DNA of 63,304 bases, the filler included, from Aduncisulcus paluster (Eukaryota), in assembly GCA_024181965.1 (NCBI GenBank). It is 5 parts of 5 records of this genome, joined end to end, with 100 filler letters (N's around TTAATTAATTAA, not from the genome) between each part and the next. Parts side by side here need not be neighbours in the genome. Positions count along the whole stretch, not along the records: positions 19,761 to 36,760 come from BQXS01012408.1; positions 36,861 to 57,198 come from BQXS01012409.1; 3 more parts are not named here. One strand, 5' to 3'. Below the pieces are notes generated by a model. It was not told where the DNA came from. It saw only the letters and a list, made by a program, of their open reading frames with translations, and ran no database searches. Made by a program: the position numbers and the translations under genes. Below are positions 36,687-49,700 of this stretch, one piece after another. How positions within the stretch are numbered: the stretch's first letter is position 1; each line of letters starts with the position of its first letter.

Positions 36687-36760
36687 TTTATATCAATAAT
36701 AAATCAAAATAATATCCGAAATGAAAGTTTGATAACAGAAAGAATGTTCATAAATAAGTA

Positions 36761-36860
36761 NNNNNNNNNNNNNNNNNNNNNNNNNNNNNNNNNNNNNNNN
36801 NNNNTTAATTAATTAANNNNNNNNNNNNNNNNNNNNNNNNNNNNNNNNNNNNNNNNNNNN
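36761..36860. other. Artificial scaffold spacer
   Basis: N44-TTAATTAATTAA-N44. Confidence 0.97.
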
Positions 36861-38815
36861 CTGACAACTTCCTTGTTCGTGTTGATCCCGATTCCATGAA
36901 ATGCACCATTGTTCTCTCTGATCTCGGTCTTGCTCAGATCCAAGACTCCATCTCCTCTTCCACGACTTCCAAGAGCTTTGTTGATATATCCAAGTCTGAA
37001 GATACTGAAGCTAAACACAAACACAAATCCAAATCCAAACCCAAACCCAAACCCTCCATCTGTGGCACGCTTGTGTACAACTCTTGTGAAGCTCTCAAAG
37101 GAATTCAAAGCCAAGAGAGCGATGCTTACTCACTCGGGCTGACCCTGTTCGCAGTCTTCGAGGGTCAGGATCCTTTCCTTCAAATGGCAGTATTACAAGG
37201 AATCGACAAAATTGAATTTGTCACCCAATTGTCAAGGTTAATACGGGCTGATATGGGTCCAAAACTCTGTGAATCCCGTCTTTTCAAAACTCTAAAAACC
37301 ATTGAAGGTGGTAAGTTCAAGCCTGTTTATTCCTGTCTGAATGAAATATTCGAAGGATTGACAAAGGTTGACATTGATGAACGTATGAGTGTTCATGAAG
37401 CCTGTGAGAAAGTTCAATCCATCAAACCTCTTCTTCCAAAGATTGGAGAAGGGTGGGAATGTCCATCCATTGACGATATTGTGAAGGCTCAGCTTGCCAA
37501 GCATAAAGGTGATTCTGGATGCATTGTTGAGGAAGATGCTTCAATTCAAAGTGTTGTGTTAAAACCAAATTGGGATGATGGTTTGAGTTTGAGTCGTCCA
37601 TCAGAATCCAAGACACCGAGTACAAGTTCAAGTACAAGTTCAAGTGCTTCAAAAGAAGAAAAAGAAGAAGAAGAAAAGGGAAAAGAGGAAGAAGATTTGA
37701 GGAAAGAAGTTGAAGCCTTGAAACAAAAATTGAAGATTGAAGAAGAAAAGAGGAAGATTGAAGAAGAGAAGAGGAAGAGAGAAGAACTCAAAACAGCTAG
37801 ACTGATGAGAAAAATTGATCATCGAGTTATATTTGATCTAGTCGATAAAATTAAGAAATCCCCTGACTCAGCATCAACTTCCAAACTCTACCATGAACAT
37901 CGAGATGAGATTCTTTCGGTCTTCCTTACATTCCAATCAAAGAGTGAGATTGAAGAGCACAAGAGAGAAATAGTTCTTTGTATTCAGTGTTTAAGATGGT
38001 TTGTTAAACATATTATTTCTGAAAATAAGATCTATCTCCCTATTCCTGATCTGAATGATCTCATTGACACTTTCATTGATCATCTATCAAGATGTGAGGA
38101 AGTGTTGGAAGGAGATGTTGATGAAGAGTATTGTAGGATTTGTGTGAATTATACTTTCAATGTTGAAGACAAAAAGGATTCCTTCCTTCCAAAGATCTCC
38201 CCCACTTTCCAACGTATTCTTGAGAGAGGAAGTAAGGAGAAGTTGGGAGGTAAAGTTGTTCCAAATTTATTAAATACTCTTAGAAACATCTCTATTTCTC
38301 CCTCTTCTTCCACTCGATCCTCTATTCTCACCCTCATCAAACCATATATCAGAGCTTGGTTGAGGATATACAATGATAGTGAGTATTATGGATATTGGAT
38401 GTATATTCTATCATTTATCACCCTCTCAAGTGATAATTCAACCCCCAACAAATCCCTCTGTTCTGAAGCTTGGTCTATCTTCCACCCTGTTCTTGATGTT
38501 GTTAAGAGAGAGTTTGTTGGGGATGATCATGAACATGTTTTATGCTTTTTCTCCGACCTATGTTGTGATCCATCGCATGCTGTTGAAGTCTATGATAACG
38601 TTAAAGATCTTCTTGATGGTTGGTTTACAGTTATAAAGAGGAAACATCATGAATGGGGAATCAAATACTGGTCCAGACTCATTTCCATGTTCTCCACTGT
38701 TCCATCTATTGTTCCTTACATATCTCCCAAATATGATGCAAACATGGAATGGTGCAAGAATAATGGGGGTTGGATGTCAAGTTATACAAGATACTCAAGA
38801 AATTGTACAAAATGA
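36861..38815 (+). CDS. Protein kinase C-lobe + coiled coil + helical C-terminal domain (5' cut at scaffold start)
   Basis: DNFLV, SDLGLA, CGTLVYNSCE, SDAYSLG; Glu/Lys coiled coil; close paralog of the gene at 46739-48781. Confidence 0.85.
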
Positions 38816-39179
38816 ATCCTTCATGACAAAAAGAACTCCTTTTGTATTCTTTATTCTTTCATTTCTTCTGATAGATAATTTTAAAATCGTTTTCAATAAT
38901 CTATTTGCACTATCATGTCTATTTTCAAGGATAAACAGTTAATGGGCATTATATTTCTCATTTTGATGATGGGCAACGCATTAGTTTTTAACTTATACCA
39001 AAACTTTCCCTGAAGTCATTTGATACATAAGCTAGTAGAATTGCATATTAGTTTCTGAACTATATTGTTTTATTCTGCACTTGGACTCGAAAATGAGCCA
39101 CCAGCCTATTGAACATATTGACATTGGCATGGAAGTACTACTTTCTATCGTGAAAAGAACTTGGTCCCCTCAACAATAC

Positions 39180-40430
39180 TCGTAAAGTTGTTATTATACC
39201 GAAACCGGGACGACCAGGTAAGTTTAGACCTGTGACGCCTGGTGGGGGGTATAGCAGCCATATGGTCTTCTGTCCTTTATCGCCTTATTCTTCCCAAAGC
39301 ACAAGAGATTCTCAAAAATACTGCGCAAGTGGGTGTATGTGTCCCCAATGGTCAGTACCATGTGCTTAATGCTGTCCATCTCGCGAAGCAACACTGTAAA
39401 CACACGGGGGAACCGCTATCGATTGCCCTACTTGACTTCCGGAATGCCTTCAACTCGATATCGGTAGTATCTATTCTTCATGCTCTTGACAAACTGAAGG
39501 TTTCCGATCATGTAAAGCGGAACGTGTGTAGATATTTTTCCACTATGAATGTTGTGTGCGATGACGATGTTCTCGACCGAGAGACAGGTCTGGTTCAAGG
39601 GGATAAGCTCCCATCCCTCCTGTTCTCTCTTGCCATTATTCCCATCCTAGCTCTTTTAGAGGAATTGATGCCTCCCATTGAAATGAAAGATGCTAGTGGC
39701 ACATTTGTTGCAGTAATCCCGCGTGTAATAGCCTATCTTGATGATATAACCCTGATTGTAAGATCCATTGATGAACTCAGAAGCATTCTTAGTGCTATCA
39801 AAGGTATTTTGCCTGAGTTCGGTCTTGAGCTGAACCGCGACAAGACTATCTATGTTCCCCTGGCCCAGGGATCTCTTCCGGTTACAACAGAGGAGGATGA
39901 CTTTGTCGTGGAACGGTGCCATGATGTTATGGGGGTGCCACTCTCATCTGATGAAGAGATTGCATCTCAAGCAGCTGTTGATTCCTTGAAGCAGACCTTG
40001 GAAGTGGCAGTTACGACATCTGAGTTCCTGGACTTGCAACCATTTCACTATGTATTCGAGACTGTGATTCTCAAACAATTCTATTATCTCATCCAATATT
40101 CATCAATCCCCGATGATGAACTGATAACGATGAACACTGCACTTTCCAATCTTTGGTCTAACAAGCTTAAGATTGAGATCCCTTCCACCCGTCTTGCCTT
40201 GCCTCTTGAGAAAGGAGGGCTTCGTTGTCATATGCCATTGTATGACAGGGATACTCTCAAACTGAGGTCCTTGAAACATCTTGCAAGAGATGTTAGAGGG
40301 GTCTTTCCATCAGGAATAGGAGCGTTCTTGAAAAACCTGCAAGCAAGCAATCCGAGTAAGCATTTCATGGATTTATTACATACAGCTGCATGGGTGGAGT
40401 TCCATTTGTCCGACCCGGGGTTCGGAGCTA
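39180..40430 (+). mobile_element. CRE-like non-LTR reverse transcriptase, truncated
   Basis: IIPKPG...FRPV, QVGVCVPNG, LDFRNAFNSI, GLVQGD, AYLDDI, GLELNRDKT, LPLEKGGL. Confidence 0.9.
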
Positions 40431-40650
40431 CTTCTCAGGAAATGGAGCATGATGAAACAAGAGATGAAAATAAGGATGAGGTACAGAGCCCAGCCTCTTT
40501 TACGGTTGTTTTGTTCTTTCGAGTCATTAGGATTTGAAATTTCAAGATGTTTATTATTGATTGAACTTCTTGGTTTCTTTTTTCTGGCATTAAAAAATGT
40601 ATTGGTGAAAAATCCTAAAACGAACTCGGTTTGTTTATTTCTATTTAAAT

Positions 40651-41217
40651 TTTAAATATTTTATAGTCCTTTTCAGGTAATATATTATTACCGTAATAAA
40701 TTCTAATTCATGAATGATGCCCTTCCTTGACATTTTTTTCTTTTTCTTCTTTTTCGATTGTTTGCCAACCTTTGAGTTCTTTGAGAACAGTATTATGACA
40801 AATCGGACAACATATCATACCATAAAAGGCATATGAATGATCTTGATGACATTTTTGTGTGGATTTAAGTGCTGATTCATCACTTTTTCTTGATGAATGT
40901 ACTGTGGAGGAGTATGCAAACATCAAAAAGTTTTTATTCATAAATTCAATCTGACATTATATTTGTAAATTTGTTTCCATCCCATTTCTGCCCTTTTTTT
41001 GTGATAATTGATTCATATTTCTAAATGTCCAAATTTCCTTGGAAATGGATTGTTCATGCCAAGAATAATCAGATAAAAATGGATATTATTTAATTGCAGA
41101 AATTAATACAATTGATAAAATTCATATTGTCCTCGATTTACAGACCGTTTCCTCAAATTTGGCTTCTTGCAGCGACAATGAGCAGAAAATATGATTTTAA
41201 AATAAGTTTTCAGGAGT
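40651..41217 (-). repeat. ~560-bp repeat, inverted copy of 51918-52471
   Basis: Near-identical reverse complement; both carry the ORF MNKNFLMFAY...GWQTIEK. Confidence 0.9.
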
Positions 41218-41813
41218 ATTATGGATGTTCAATTTTCTTGTTGCGGATTTCTCACCTTTTCCAAACTAATTCACCTCATTTTTCTCTCTATACCACCAAT
41301 GACTCTATTTCGTCTCTCGGGGAGCCCAAAAAAGATTTCAGAATTTAGCCAAGAGAGAATAGAGAGAATGGAGAAATCTCAATTTGAGAAATACCATTAT
41401 TCTTGCATTCAACGATAATCACTAAAATATGACGGCATTGTCAGATGGAATGGTTTATTAAAATGGAAGTTTGGATGGATGGGAATAATAGTATTATTAT
41501 AATACTAATGATGGATTACCTAGAGTAGAGAATGGACTGGATATATGGGTATAACTTAAATGGTTCTGAAAATCAAATATCTTATGAATGTACAAACGAA
41601 TCGGGTAAAATAAAAGGACCAGTTTAAATTTTAAAAGTTTAAAAGAGAAATGTATCTCGGAATAAATGGTTTAAAATTTAAACGAAAGAAATATAATCCA
41701 TGGTAAAGGGTCAGTAAATAAAATATTACAAAAATCATAAAATGGTCAATAAATAACTAAATAGTAATAGTAAGCAATAGTAAAATAAAATAATAATAAT
41801 AATAAAATAAAAA

Positions 41814-42980
41814 TCATGCTTGAATCACATCTGGAGCTAGCTTTTCTTCCGAATAATCAAACAATTTGTCGTGTTTAACAATATCATTGTATACAAGAGT
41901 GCCATAGGTGAGTATAATGAAACCGACTGCTTCCAATATAGACCACCAAGATAATGTCTCTCCAATAGGCAATGAATGGACAGTGTAGCCCTCGATAACA
42001 CTCACAGTCCAGACAACAACGCATCTCAGAGCCTCTAAAAGAGTCCGGTGGACACATGTTGTAATAGCTGTCACATTCTGACCACACAGATTATACAATG
42101 CGATAGAAAACACAAATCCAAAGCTCGGCAATAGGATATACCAGTTATTTTTAATCATAATGAACGTTTCAAAGAAGTCTTCGGCATGTCCATTGTCATC
42201 TCCAGGAATGATATAAAAAAGAGGAACAAGAATAAAAAGGGTAATAATAACTCCATAAATACCTTCAAATGCAACAATTTGGTTAGGAGAAGCGTGTAAT
42301 TTGGCCATAATATGCTCTTCACAGGCGAATTGAGAAGCATAGGCGACTTGACCAAGCACAACCAACGCCATACCAAGAATTTGTTGCTGAATAGATGTGG
42401 AATCGACATCATCTCCAGAGGAATCGGATAGAGCACCAGAAGCAGCGACCAGAATCAATCCTACAAGACATATCCCAATCGCATACCACTGGTATCCCTT
42501 GAGACATTTTTTCATGAAGATAATGGAAAAGAGAGCGGAAAATATAATGACAGAGCCTCCTAAAAACTGAAAAATGGATGGGGAAACACCAAGAGCGAAC
42601 CCAATATTCAGGAGAAATGACCCGGCAAGATTAAACACTGCAGAAGGAATAATACTCCACCATGGTGCAATTTCATACTCAACCGGGTCATCAGGTTCTT
42701 CGGAATCGGGTAACGGTTCTTGGGATATTGGTATAACTTGCACAGGACCAGCAGTTTGCTGTTTTTGTTTCCTTTCTCGTAAGAATAAAATCATACCAAA
42801 ACTCATACCAATAAACATAATCAATGTCCAATAAACATAACATTTGGTGGTCATTGATTTCTCTACGTTGTTTCTCCCAACAGAATCCATTGAAAAAGCA
42901 ATATTAGTTACGAGAGTGTTTGCAGCTCCAAAAATGAGCAAACCAATCGAAAATAAAACTAACTTATTGTTTTTCGTCAT
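41814..42980 (-). CDS. SLC35F6-like / nucleotide-sugar transporter (DMT superfamily)
   Basis: About 10 hydrophobic helices; SIFQFLGGSVIIFSA, QFACEEHI, FEGIYG, HRTLLEALR. First ATG is at 42980. Confidence 0.85.
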   Translation of the reverse strand: MTKNNKLVLFSIGLLIFGAANTLVTNIAFSMDSVGRNNVEKSMTTKCYVYWTLIMFIGMSFGMILFLRERKQKQQTAGPVQVIPISQEPLPDSEEPDDPVEYEIAPWWSIIPSAVFNLAGSFLLNIGFALGVSPSIFQFLGGSVIIFSALFSIIFMKKCLKGYQWYAIGICLVGLILVAASGALSDSSGDDVDSTSIQQQILGMALVVLGQVAYASQFACEEHIMAKLHASPNQIVAFEGIYGVIITLFILVPLFYIIPGDDNGHAEDFFETFIMIKNNWYILLPSFGFVFSIALYNLCGQNVTAITTCVHRTLLEALRCVVVWTVSVIEGYTVHSLPIGETLSWWSILEAVGFIILTYGTLVYNDIVKHDKLFDYSEEKLAPDVIQA

Positions 42981-43296
42981 ATATTTTCCTCCCTTTTTTA
43001 AAATGTGCCCAATGGAGATTGACAACTTATTTCGGTTTTCATTTTTTCTTTCTATTTTTAGAAAATGAGTAGATTCCGAATTATTCTGGTGCCGATCTTA
43101 CCATGGAGAAATAGTATTTCTTTTTACTTATTTTTTTTTTTAATTTTTTTTTTTTTTTTTTTTTTTTTGAGTCTTTGACTCGGGGGGGTACACACACACA
43201 CAATTTTTTGAGTCTTTGGCCTTGTGTTAATACCAAAAAAGAACCATTTTGATCTGCTTGGCATGATCTTGTCATATTTTTATGTATTTAGTTGTT

Positions 43297-44127
43297 TTAT
43301 TGTGATATATCTTCATACATTGAGTACAGAGACACAGATCTAAATTCATATGGAGCGCTATTAATCGATTCCATTGTTATCCCATTATAATCTGTCCCCT
43401 TAAAAACGATAATTAGATGCATATTGCACTCACCATGTCCAGATTCACCGAGATCACAGTTCTTGGGTGCTTTGTTGAATATATTATTCATATCGACAGC
43501 ATTCGAGGTTAGATCGAGATTCTCAGCCTTTTCTTCAGATGCAGCAAGACGTTTCCCTTCTTCGATGTGAGTAGAAAGTGATGTAGATGTCGTTCCAAGT
43601 GAGGTATCATTAATAATGTCTTCCGGATATGGTCTTGGACATTCTCCATGATCACAGGCCAAGAAACATGTTTTCTCACAGAACTCTTCCATTCTCGTGT
43701 CAAAATAAACACTATTCACAGTTCCATTCTCTAATTCAATGATCAGAGTACGGGTGGAAATAAAGGCCTCTTGTGTGGCCACATTAACTAACTCAGAAGC
43801 AACCTCACCTTTGGAGGTTGTAATGACGGCTCCAAGCAATGTATCGGGGTTCTTTATAATGAGTTTGTTGCTATATGAATTGAGAATCTCAAAATCACCG
43901 AGTTTATCAACATAAAGACAAGCACGGGTGTATTTCTTTGGAGTAACACCATCTTCATAATAAATAAGTTTAAGATGCATTTCATCACCCGAATTAAAGG
44001 TTGATCTGCTCGTAGCTGAAATGAAACAACTGCCACTAACAGTTGTTGGTATAATATCTAAAGAACATGCAAATTGAACAAGTATAAGTATAGAAATGAT
44101 AAATAAGTATGTTTGAAAGGATTTCAT
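43297..44127 (-). CDS. Secreted hypothetical protein
   Basis: Signal-peptide-like N-terminus, Cys cluster, C-terminal CNMHLIIVFKGTDYNG. Confidence 0.75.
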   Translation of the reverse strand: MKSFQTYLFIISILILVQFACSLDIIPTTVSGSCFISATSRSTFNSGDEMHLKLIYYEDGVTPKKYTRACLYVDKLGDFEILNSYSNKLIIKNPDTLLGAVITTSKGEVASELVNVATQEAFISTRTLIIELENGTVNSVYFDTRMEEFCEKTCFLACDHGECPRPYPEDIINDTSLGTTSTSLSTHIEEGKRLAASEEKAENLDLTSNAVDMNNIFNKAPKNCDLGESGHGECNMHLIIVFKGTDYNGITMESINSAPYEFRSVSLYSMYEDISQ

Positions 44128-44693
44128 GTTAAAAATAGGATATAAAAATGTAAGAGTGCGTCAAAAATGAAGGATTTAAAATTTCTTTACAATCCGACGT
44201 AAATTCTTCTGCGAATAGGACCTTATCAAGATTTATTAATCGATATATCAAAAAATTATCTTTCATTTATTCGGAAAATTGAGAGAATATCAAACCAATA
44301 GAAACTAACAAATTGTTGTCACTGATAGTGCACGTCACATTCACAAAACATATATATATCAACATTATATTCTCGTTCAATGTAAAAACGATATTAGAGT
44401 CTAAATTGCACATTTCACTTTCAAGAAATGAATAAAAAAAATGAAATCAATGTTTAATTTAATCCATATTATCAATATAATCAATAAAAAACATTCTTGG
44501 AGACATCATAATACCTTCAATGCTTCAAAAAAATCCACCTTTCTCCAAACCTTTTATTCGACGTTCTTGCAAAAAAGAAAACCGCTTTATCATATAAAAA
44601 ACAGAAAATGATGATTTATTTGTCATTTGGTTTGGCCTTTATTTCAAATCATAGAAAAAGATATTCAACTTCATATTTGGAAGCAAACCGTAA

Positions 44694-46142
44694 ATGAATT
44701 TCAGTAATATTTGGCCAACTTCCGATTATTGGCCCGGAAATCTATTCCAAATGCTCGTGTATGGTTATATCCTTGGTAAAGGTGGAGCGATGATTGCAGA
44801 CGGTAGTGAACTCCTTTTAGAGATATTTAATCCAAGTATTATTGGAGGAGCTCTTATTCCTATTTTGGGAGCAGTGCCCGATAGTGCATTAATTATTGCT
44901 TCCGCTCTTGGTGAAGAACCCGATGAAGTCGCTGCTTCCGTTCGAGTTGGGCTTGGAACTCTTGCTGGTTCCACAACCATGCTGCTAACAATTGCTCTTG
45001 CAGCTGGTATCTTTGTTGGACGTTGTGAACTTAGTGGCCGGGGAGAAGCTCGTAGTCGTCGTTGCCGTGGTTTCAAACCAACTAAACAAGGCATCACCGT
45101 TGAAGATGATGTCCCAGTCAATGCTCGTTTGATGCTTATATCGTGTGCTTGTTTCCTTGTTATTCAGATTCCTGGTTTTATTTATATGGGCGACGCTGAG
45201 TGTCATGCTGACGAGAAAATATATTGTATTATTGGCGCTATTATATGTTTTACTCTTCTTATTGCTTATTTAGTCTATTGTGTGCTCAATTCTGTTGCTG
45301 CTGAACGTAAGAAGGATGAACGTCAACGCAAAGAAGCTATGAAGAGATCTCTGAACGCTATTATGGCCATTATGATTGAGCAAAGCATTGCCCAGCAATC
45401 ACCCGAATCCATTACTCTTCTCGGAGAGGAAGAATCATCATCAACAACATCTGAGGGTGAGAAGATCAGACGGAGAGCTGCCATTTCTGATGAAAAAGTT
45501 ATTGCCATTGCCAGAATGTGGAAAAACAAGGCTGAAGCATCTGCAGACGCCAAGCTTAAAGCTGCTGCCGAGAGAAGGAGAGGTTCTGAGAGTGATGATT
45601 CAGTGAGCTATGATTCACAGACCGGAGAGTATAAAGTTAAAGAGCCATCACGAAATGCTATTCTTGCCGAATCTCTTGTTTTAATCATTATTGGTGTCAT
45701 TGTCGTGTGCGTATTTTCTGATCCCTGCTGTGATGTTCTCTCTGAGTTCTCCAATCAAATTGGAATTGATGATAATTTTTATGTGTCTTTCATCTTCACC
45801 CCATTTGCTTCAAATCTCTTTGAGTTCATCACTGCTGTCCAATTTGCAAGCAAAAAGACAAGAAGAAGTGCCAGTATGACATGCTCTTCATGTTATGGAG
45901 CTGCATTTATGAACAACACGCTCTGTCTTGGTGTCTTCCTGTGTCTGGTTGCTTCATTTGACCAATTGTGCTGGACATACGCCGCTGAGACTATTACTGT
46001 GTGGGTTATTGTCATTGCTATTGGTATTCTTGGCTCTTGCATGAAAACAATTAAAGTATACTGGGGTTTCATTATCTTAGCTCTTTATCCAATCTCCCTT
46101 GTTCTCGTTATATTGCTCCATATGACCGGAATAGACAGATAG
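44694..46142 (+). CDS. NCL-like sodium/calcium exchanger (CaCA superfamily)
   Basis: ADGSELLL, IPILGAVPD, GTLAGSTTMLLT, FTPFASN, YGAAFMNNTLCLG; two TM blocks with a central loop. Confidence 0.88.
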   Translation: MNFSNIWPTSDYWPGNLFQMLVYGYILGKGGAMIADGSELLLEIFNPSIIGGALIPILGAVPDSALIIASALGEEPDEVAASVRVGLGTLAGSTTMLLTIALAAGIFVGRCELSGRGEARSRRCRGFKPTKQGITVEDDVPVNARLMLISCACFLVIQIPGFIYMGDAECHADEKIYCIIGAIICFTLLIAYLVYCVLNSVAAERKKDERQRKEAMKRSLNAIMAIMIEQSIAQQSPESITLLGEEESSSTTSEGEKIRRRAAISDEKVIAIARMWKNKAEASADAKLKAAAERRRGSESDDSVSYDSQTGEYKVKEPSRNAILAESLVLIIIGVIVVCVFSDPCCDVLSEFSNQIGIDDNFYVSFIFTPFASNLFEFITAVQFASKKTRRSASMTCSSCYGAAFMNNTLCLGVFLCLVASFDQLCWTYAAETITVWVIVIAIGILGSCMKTIKVYWGFIILALYPISLVLVILLHMTGIDR

Positions 46143-46738
46143 AAACGCAAGTTATTATTAGTTTAGTATTTTATTATTTTATTATTTTAGTATTTTATGA
46201 GTTATTAGATCAGTTATATTATGGTTGATTGGACATGGTGGAATTGTAATAATTATTTGATCTGTTCTGGAGGGTTTTATTATATCTTATGCTTGGATTG
46301 AGTTACATTTGATTTTTTCAAGGCGAAATGTATTAATTTATAGGTAATCAATATTTAAACATTCGATGTTAAATTTGAGTATTATCTCTCTCTTTTCTTC
46401 GCTCAACTGATATACTGACTGATCCTATACTAGTTCTGAATCTTTATATAAACGTCCAAGAAACGCAATATATGATATATTGAAGATTTCCATACATAAC
46501 TTCTCCTCTTGAAGAAATAAAATAATCGTGTATTCATACATCACATGATGTGAGTTAGATTCTTGAAACCTTCAAGCTTGAAAGACATATTGAACTGTAT
46601 ACAGTGTAATACAGTGACTGTATAATATACACTGTATACACTGTATAGTTATACAGACCGAATTAATTTCATTTCTCGCAATAATCTGACCCCATATGAT
46701 AACGAAATAGCTAATTTATCTGGAGATGGTGTTATTTT

Positions 46739-49700
46739 TCAATATCTTTTTTTCTTCCTCTTCTTCTTGGTTTTCTCAAGACTTAGTATTTTGGATTCTG
46801 TACTACCCATATATTTTGAATAATCTTCACTCCAGCCCCCATTTTTCTTGCACCATACCATGTTGGTATCATATTTGGGAGATATGTGAGGAACAAGAGA
46901 TGGAACAGTGGAGAACATGGAAATGAGTCTGGACCAGTATTTGATTCCCCAATAATGTTGTTTCTTCTTTATAACCATAAACCAATCATCAAGAAGATCC
47001 TTAACATTATCATAGATTTCAACAGCATGTGATGGATCACAACATAAGTGGGAGAAGAATCGTAAAACATGTTCATGATCATCCCCAACAATCTTATCCT
47101 CAACAAACTCTCTCTTAACAACATCAAGAACATGGTGGAAGAGAGGCCAAGCTTCAGAACAGAGGGATTTGATGGGGGTTGAATTATCACTGGAGAGGGT
47201 GATTGTTGATAGAATAAGCATCCATTCTCCATAACACTTACTATCATTGTATATCCTCAACCAAGCTCTGATATATGGTTTGATGAGGATGAGAATAAAG
47301 GATCGAGTGGAAGAAGAGGGAGAATAAGAGATGTTTCTGAGAGTTTTTAATAAATCTAGAGCAACATCTCCTCCCAACTTCTCCTTACTTCCTCTCTCAA
47401 GAATACGTTGGAAAGTGGGGGAGATCTTTGGAAGAAATGAATCCTTTTTGTCTTTAACTTTGAAAGTATAATTCACACAAATCCCACAATACTCTTCATC
47501 AACATCTCTTTCCAACACTTCCTCACATCTTGATAGATGACCAATGAAAGTGTCAATGAGATCATTCAGATCATGAATAGGGAGATAGATATCATTTCCA
47601 GAAATAAAATGTTGTACAAACCATTGTAAACACTGAACACAAAGAACAATCTCTCTCTTGTGCTCTTCAATCTTACTCTTTGATTGGAATGCAAGGAAGA
47701 CGGAAAGAAACTCATCTCGATGTTCATGGTAGAGTTTGGAAGTGGATTCTGAGTCAGGGGATTTCTTAATTTTATCGACTAGATCAAATATAACTCGATG
47801 ATCAATTTTTCTCATCAGTCTCGCTGTTTTGAGTTCTTCTCTCTTCCTCTTCTCTTCTTCAATCATCCTCTTCTCTTCTTCAAGCTTCAATTTCTGTTTT
47901 AAGGCTTCAACTTCTTTGGCTTGACGATCAACCTCTTTCCTCAAATCTTCTTCCTCTTTTCCCTTCTTCTTCTTCTTCTTCTTCTTTTGAAGCACTTGAA
48001 CTTGCACTTGAACTTGTACTTGGTGTCTTGGATTCTGATGGACGACTCAAACTCAAACCATCATCCCATTTTGGTTTTAACCCAACACTTTGAATTGAAG
48101 CATCTTCCTCAACAATGCATCCAGAATCACCTTTATGCTTGGCAAGCTGAGCCTTCACAATATCGTCAATGGATGGACATTCCCACCCTTCTCCAATCTT
48201 TGGAAGAAGAGGTTTGATGGATTGAACTTTCTCACAGGCTTCATGAACACTCATACGTTCATCAATATCAACCTTTGTCAATCCTCCGAATATTTCATTC
48301 AGACAGGAATAAACAGGCTTGAACTTACCACCTTCAATGATTTTTAGAGTTCTGAAAACACGGGATTTGGAGAATTTTGGACCCATATCACTTTCAATCA
48401 CCTCTTTGAGTTTCTTGGCAAATAGAATCTCCGACTCAATTCCTTGTAATACTGCCATTTGAAGGAAAGGATCCTGACCCTCGAAGACTGCGAACAGGGT
48501 CAGCCCGAGTGAGTAAGCATCGCTCTCTTGGCTTTGAATTCCTTTGAGAGCTTCACAAGAGTTGTACACAAGCGTGCCACAGATGGAGCGTTTGGGTTTG
48601 GGTTTGGATTTGGATTTGTATTTGTGTTTAGCTTCAGTATCTTCAGACTTGGATATAGCAACAAAGCTCTTGGAAGTCGTGGAAGAGGAGATGGAGTCTT
48701 GGATCTGAGCAAGACCGAGATCAGAGAGAACAATGGTACATTTCATGGAATCGGGATCAACACGAACAAGGAAGTTGTCAGGCTTAATGTCTCGGTGAAT
48801 AAGGTCGGGCTTGGCTTTGAACACTTCGGAAAGACACTCGATCATTCCAACACACAATGCACCAAGTCTCAAAGGATCAAGAGTCATGGGGTCAAAGTGA
48901 TCATAATCACCACTTTCGGAAGAGTCAAAGGAGTCTGAGTATTCATCATCATTCGAGTTCGCATACTTACCATCAGCACACCAACTCCTAGCAAAGTCTT
49001 TCACACTACCTCCAATACAAAATTCCATCAAGAACCCAAACACACCTTTCATTTTGGAATCAAGCAGGTCAAGGATATACAGAGGACGGGGGATACAATT
49101 GAAACATTTGGGATTCGTAAACAACTTGAGTTGCACTTTAAACTCCTTCCGACATCCTTTCACAACAGTTTTGTCCACGACCCGAAGCATCTTCTTCAGA
49201 ACACATGGGAAAGGAATACCAGCAACTTTGACAAGAAGAACTTCTCCAAACCCACCATGACCAATAATACACTGAGGATGGATCCTTGATGAAGAAGTTA
49301 AGGTTAGTGAGTCGTGCTTGGATTTGTCTTGCTTGATTCTAAATTCTGGTTGCTGTTTGACCTTCTTGATGGGTTTTAATAAGACTTTGTGTTTACCCGT
49401 CTGTTTTCCCTTTTTATGACGCTTATGTTTGATTGAATCTATTGTTTTGGTCAAAAAATGCCAATATTTTGCAAAGGATGAATTAGAGGAGGAATGAGTG
49501 GTTGGCAATGGAAAACCAATAACTTTTCTTGAATTGCATGTTTTTTTATGTTTTTTAAACCAAAGAACAGTACACCCACAAATAATTAATCCTGTAATTG
49601 TGACAAATAAGCATTTAAAATTGAATCCAAAATATGATCGTAAGGACCACGACTCACACGCTTCTCCATACCATCCGAGTGAGCACCCACATGTCACAGA

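Noticed and set aside
46596..46656. TGTATACA-rich short repeats downstream of the kinase
   Set aside because: Short low-complexity patch with no second copy in the window.
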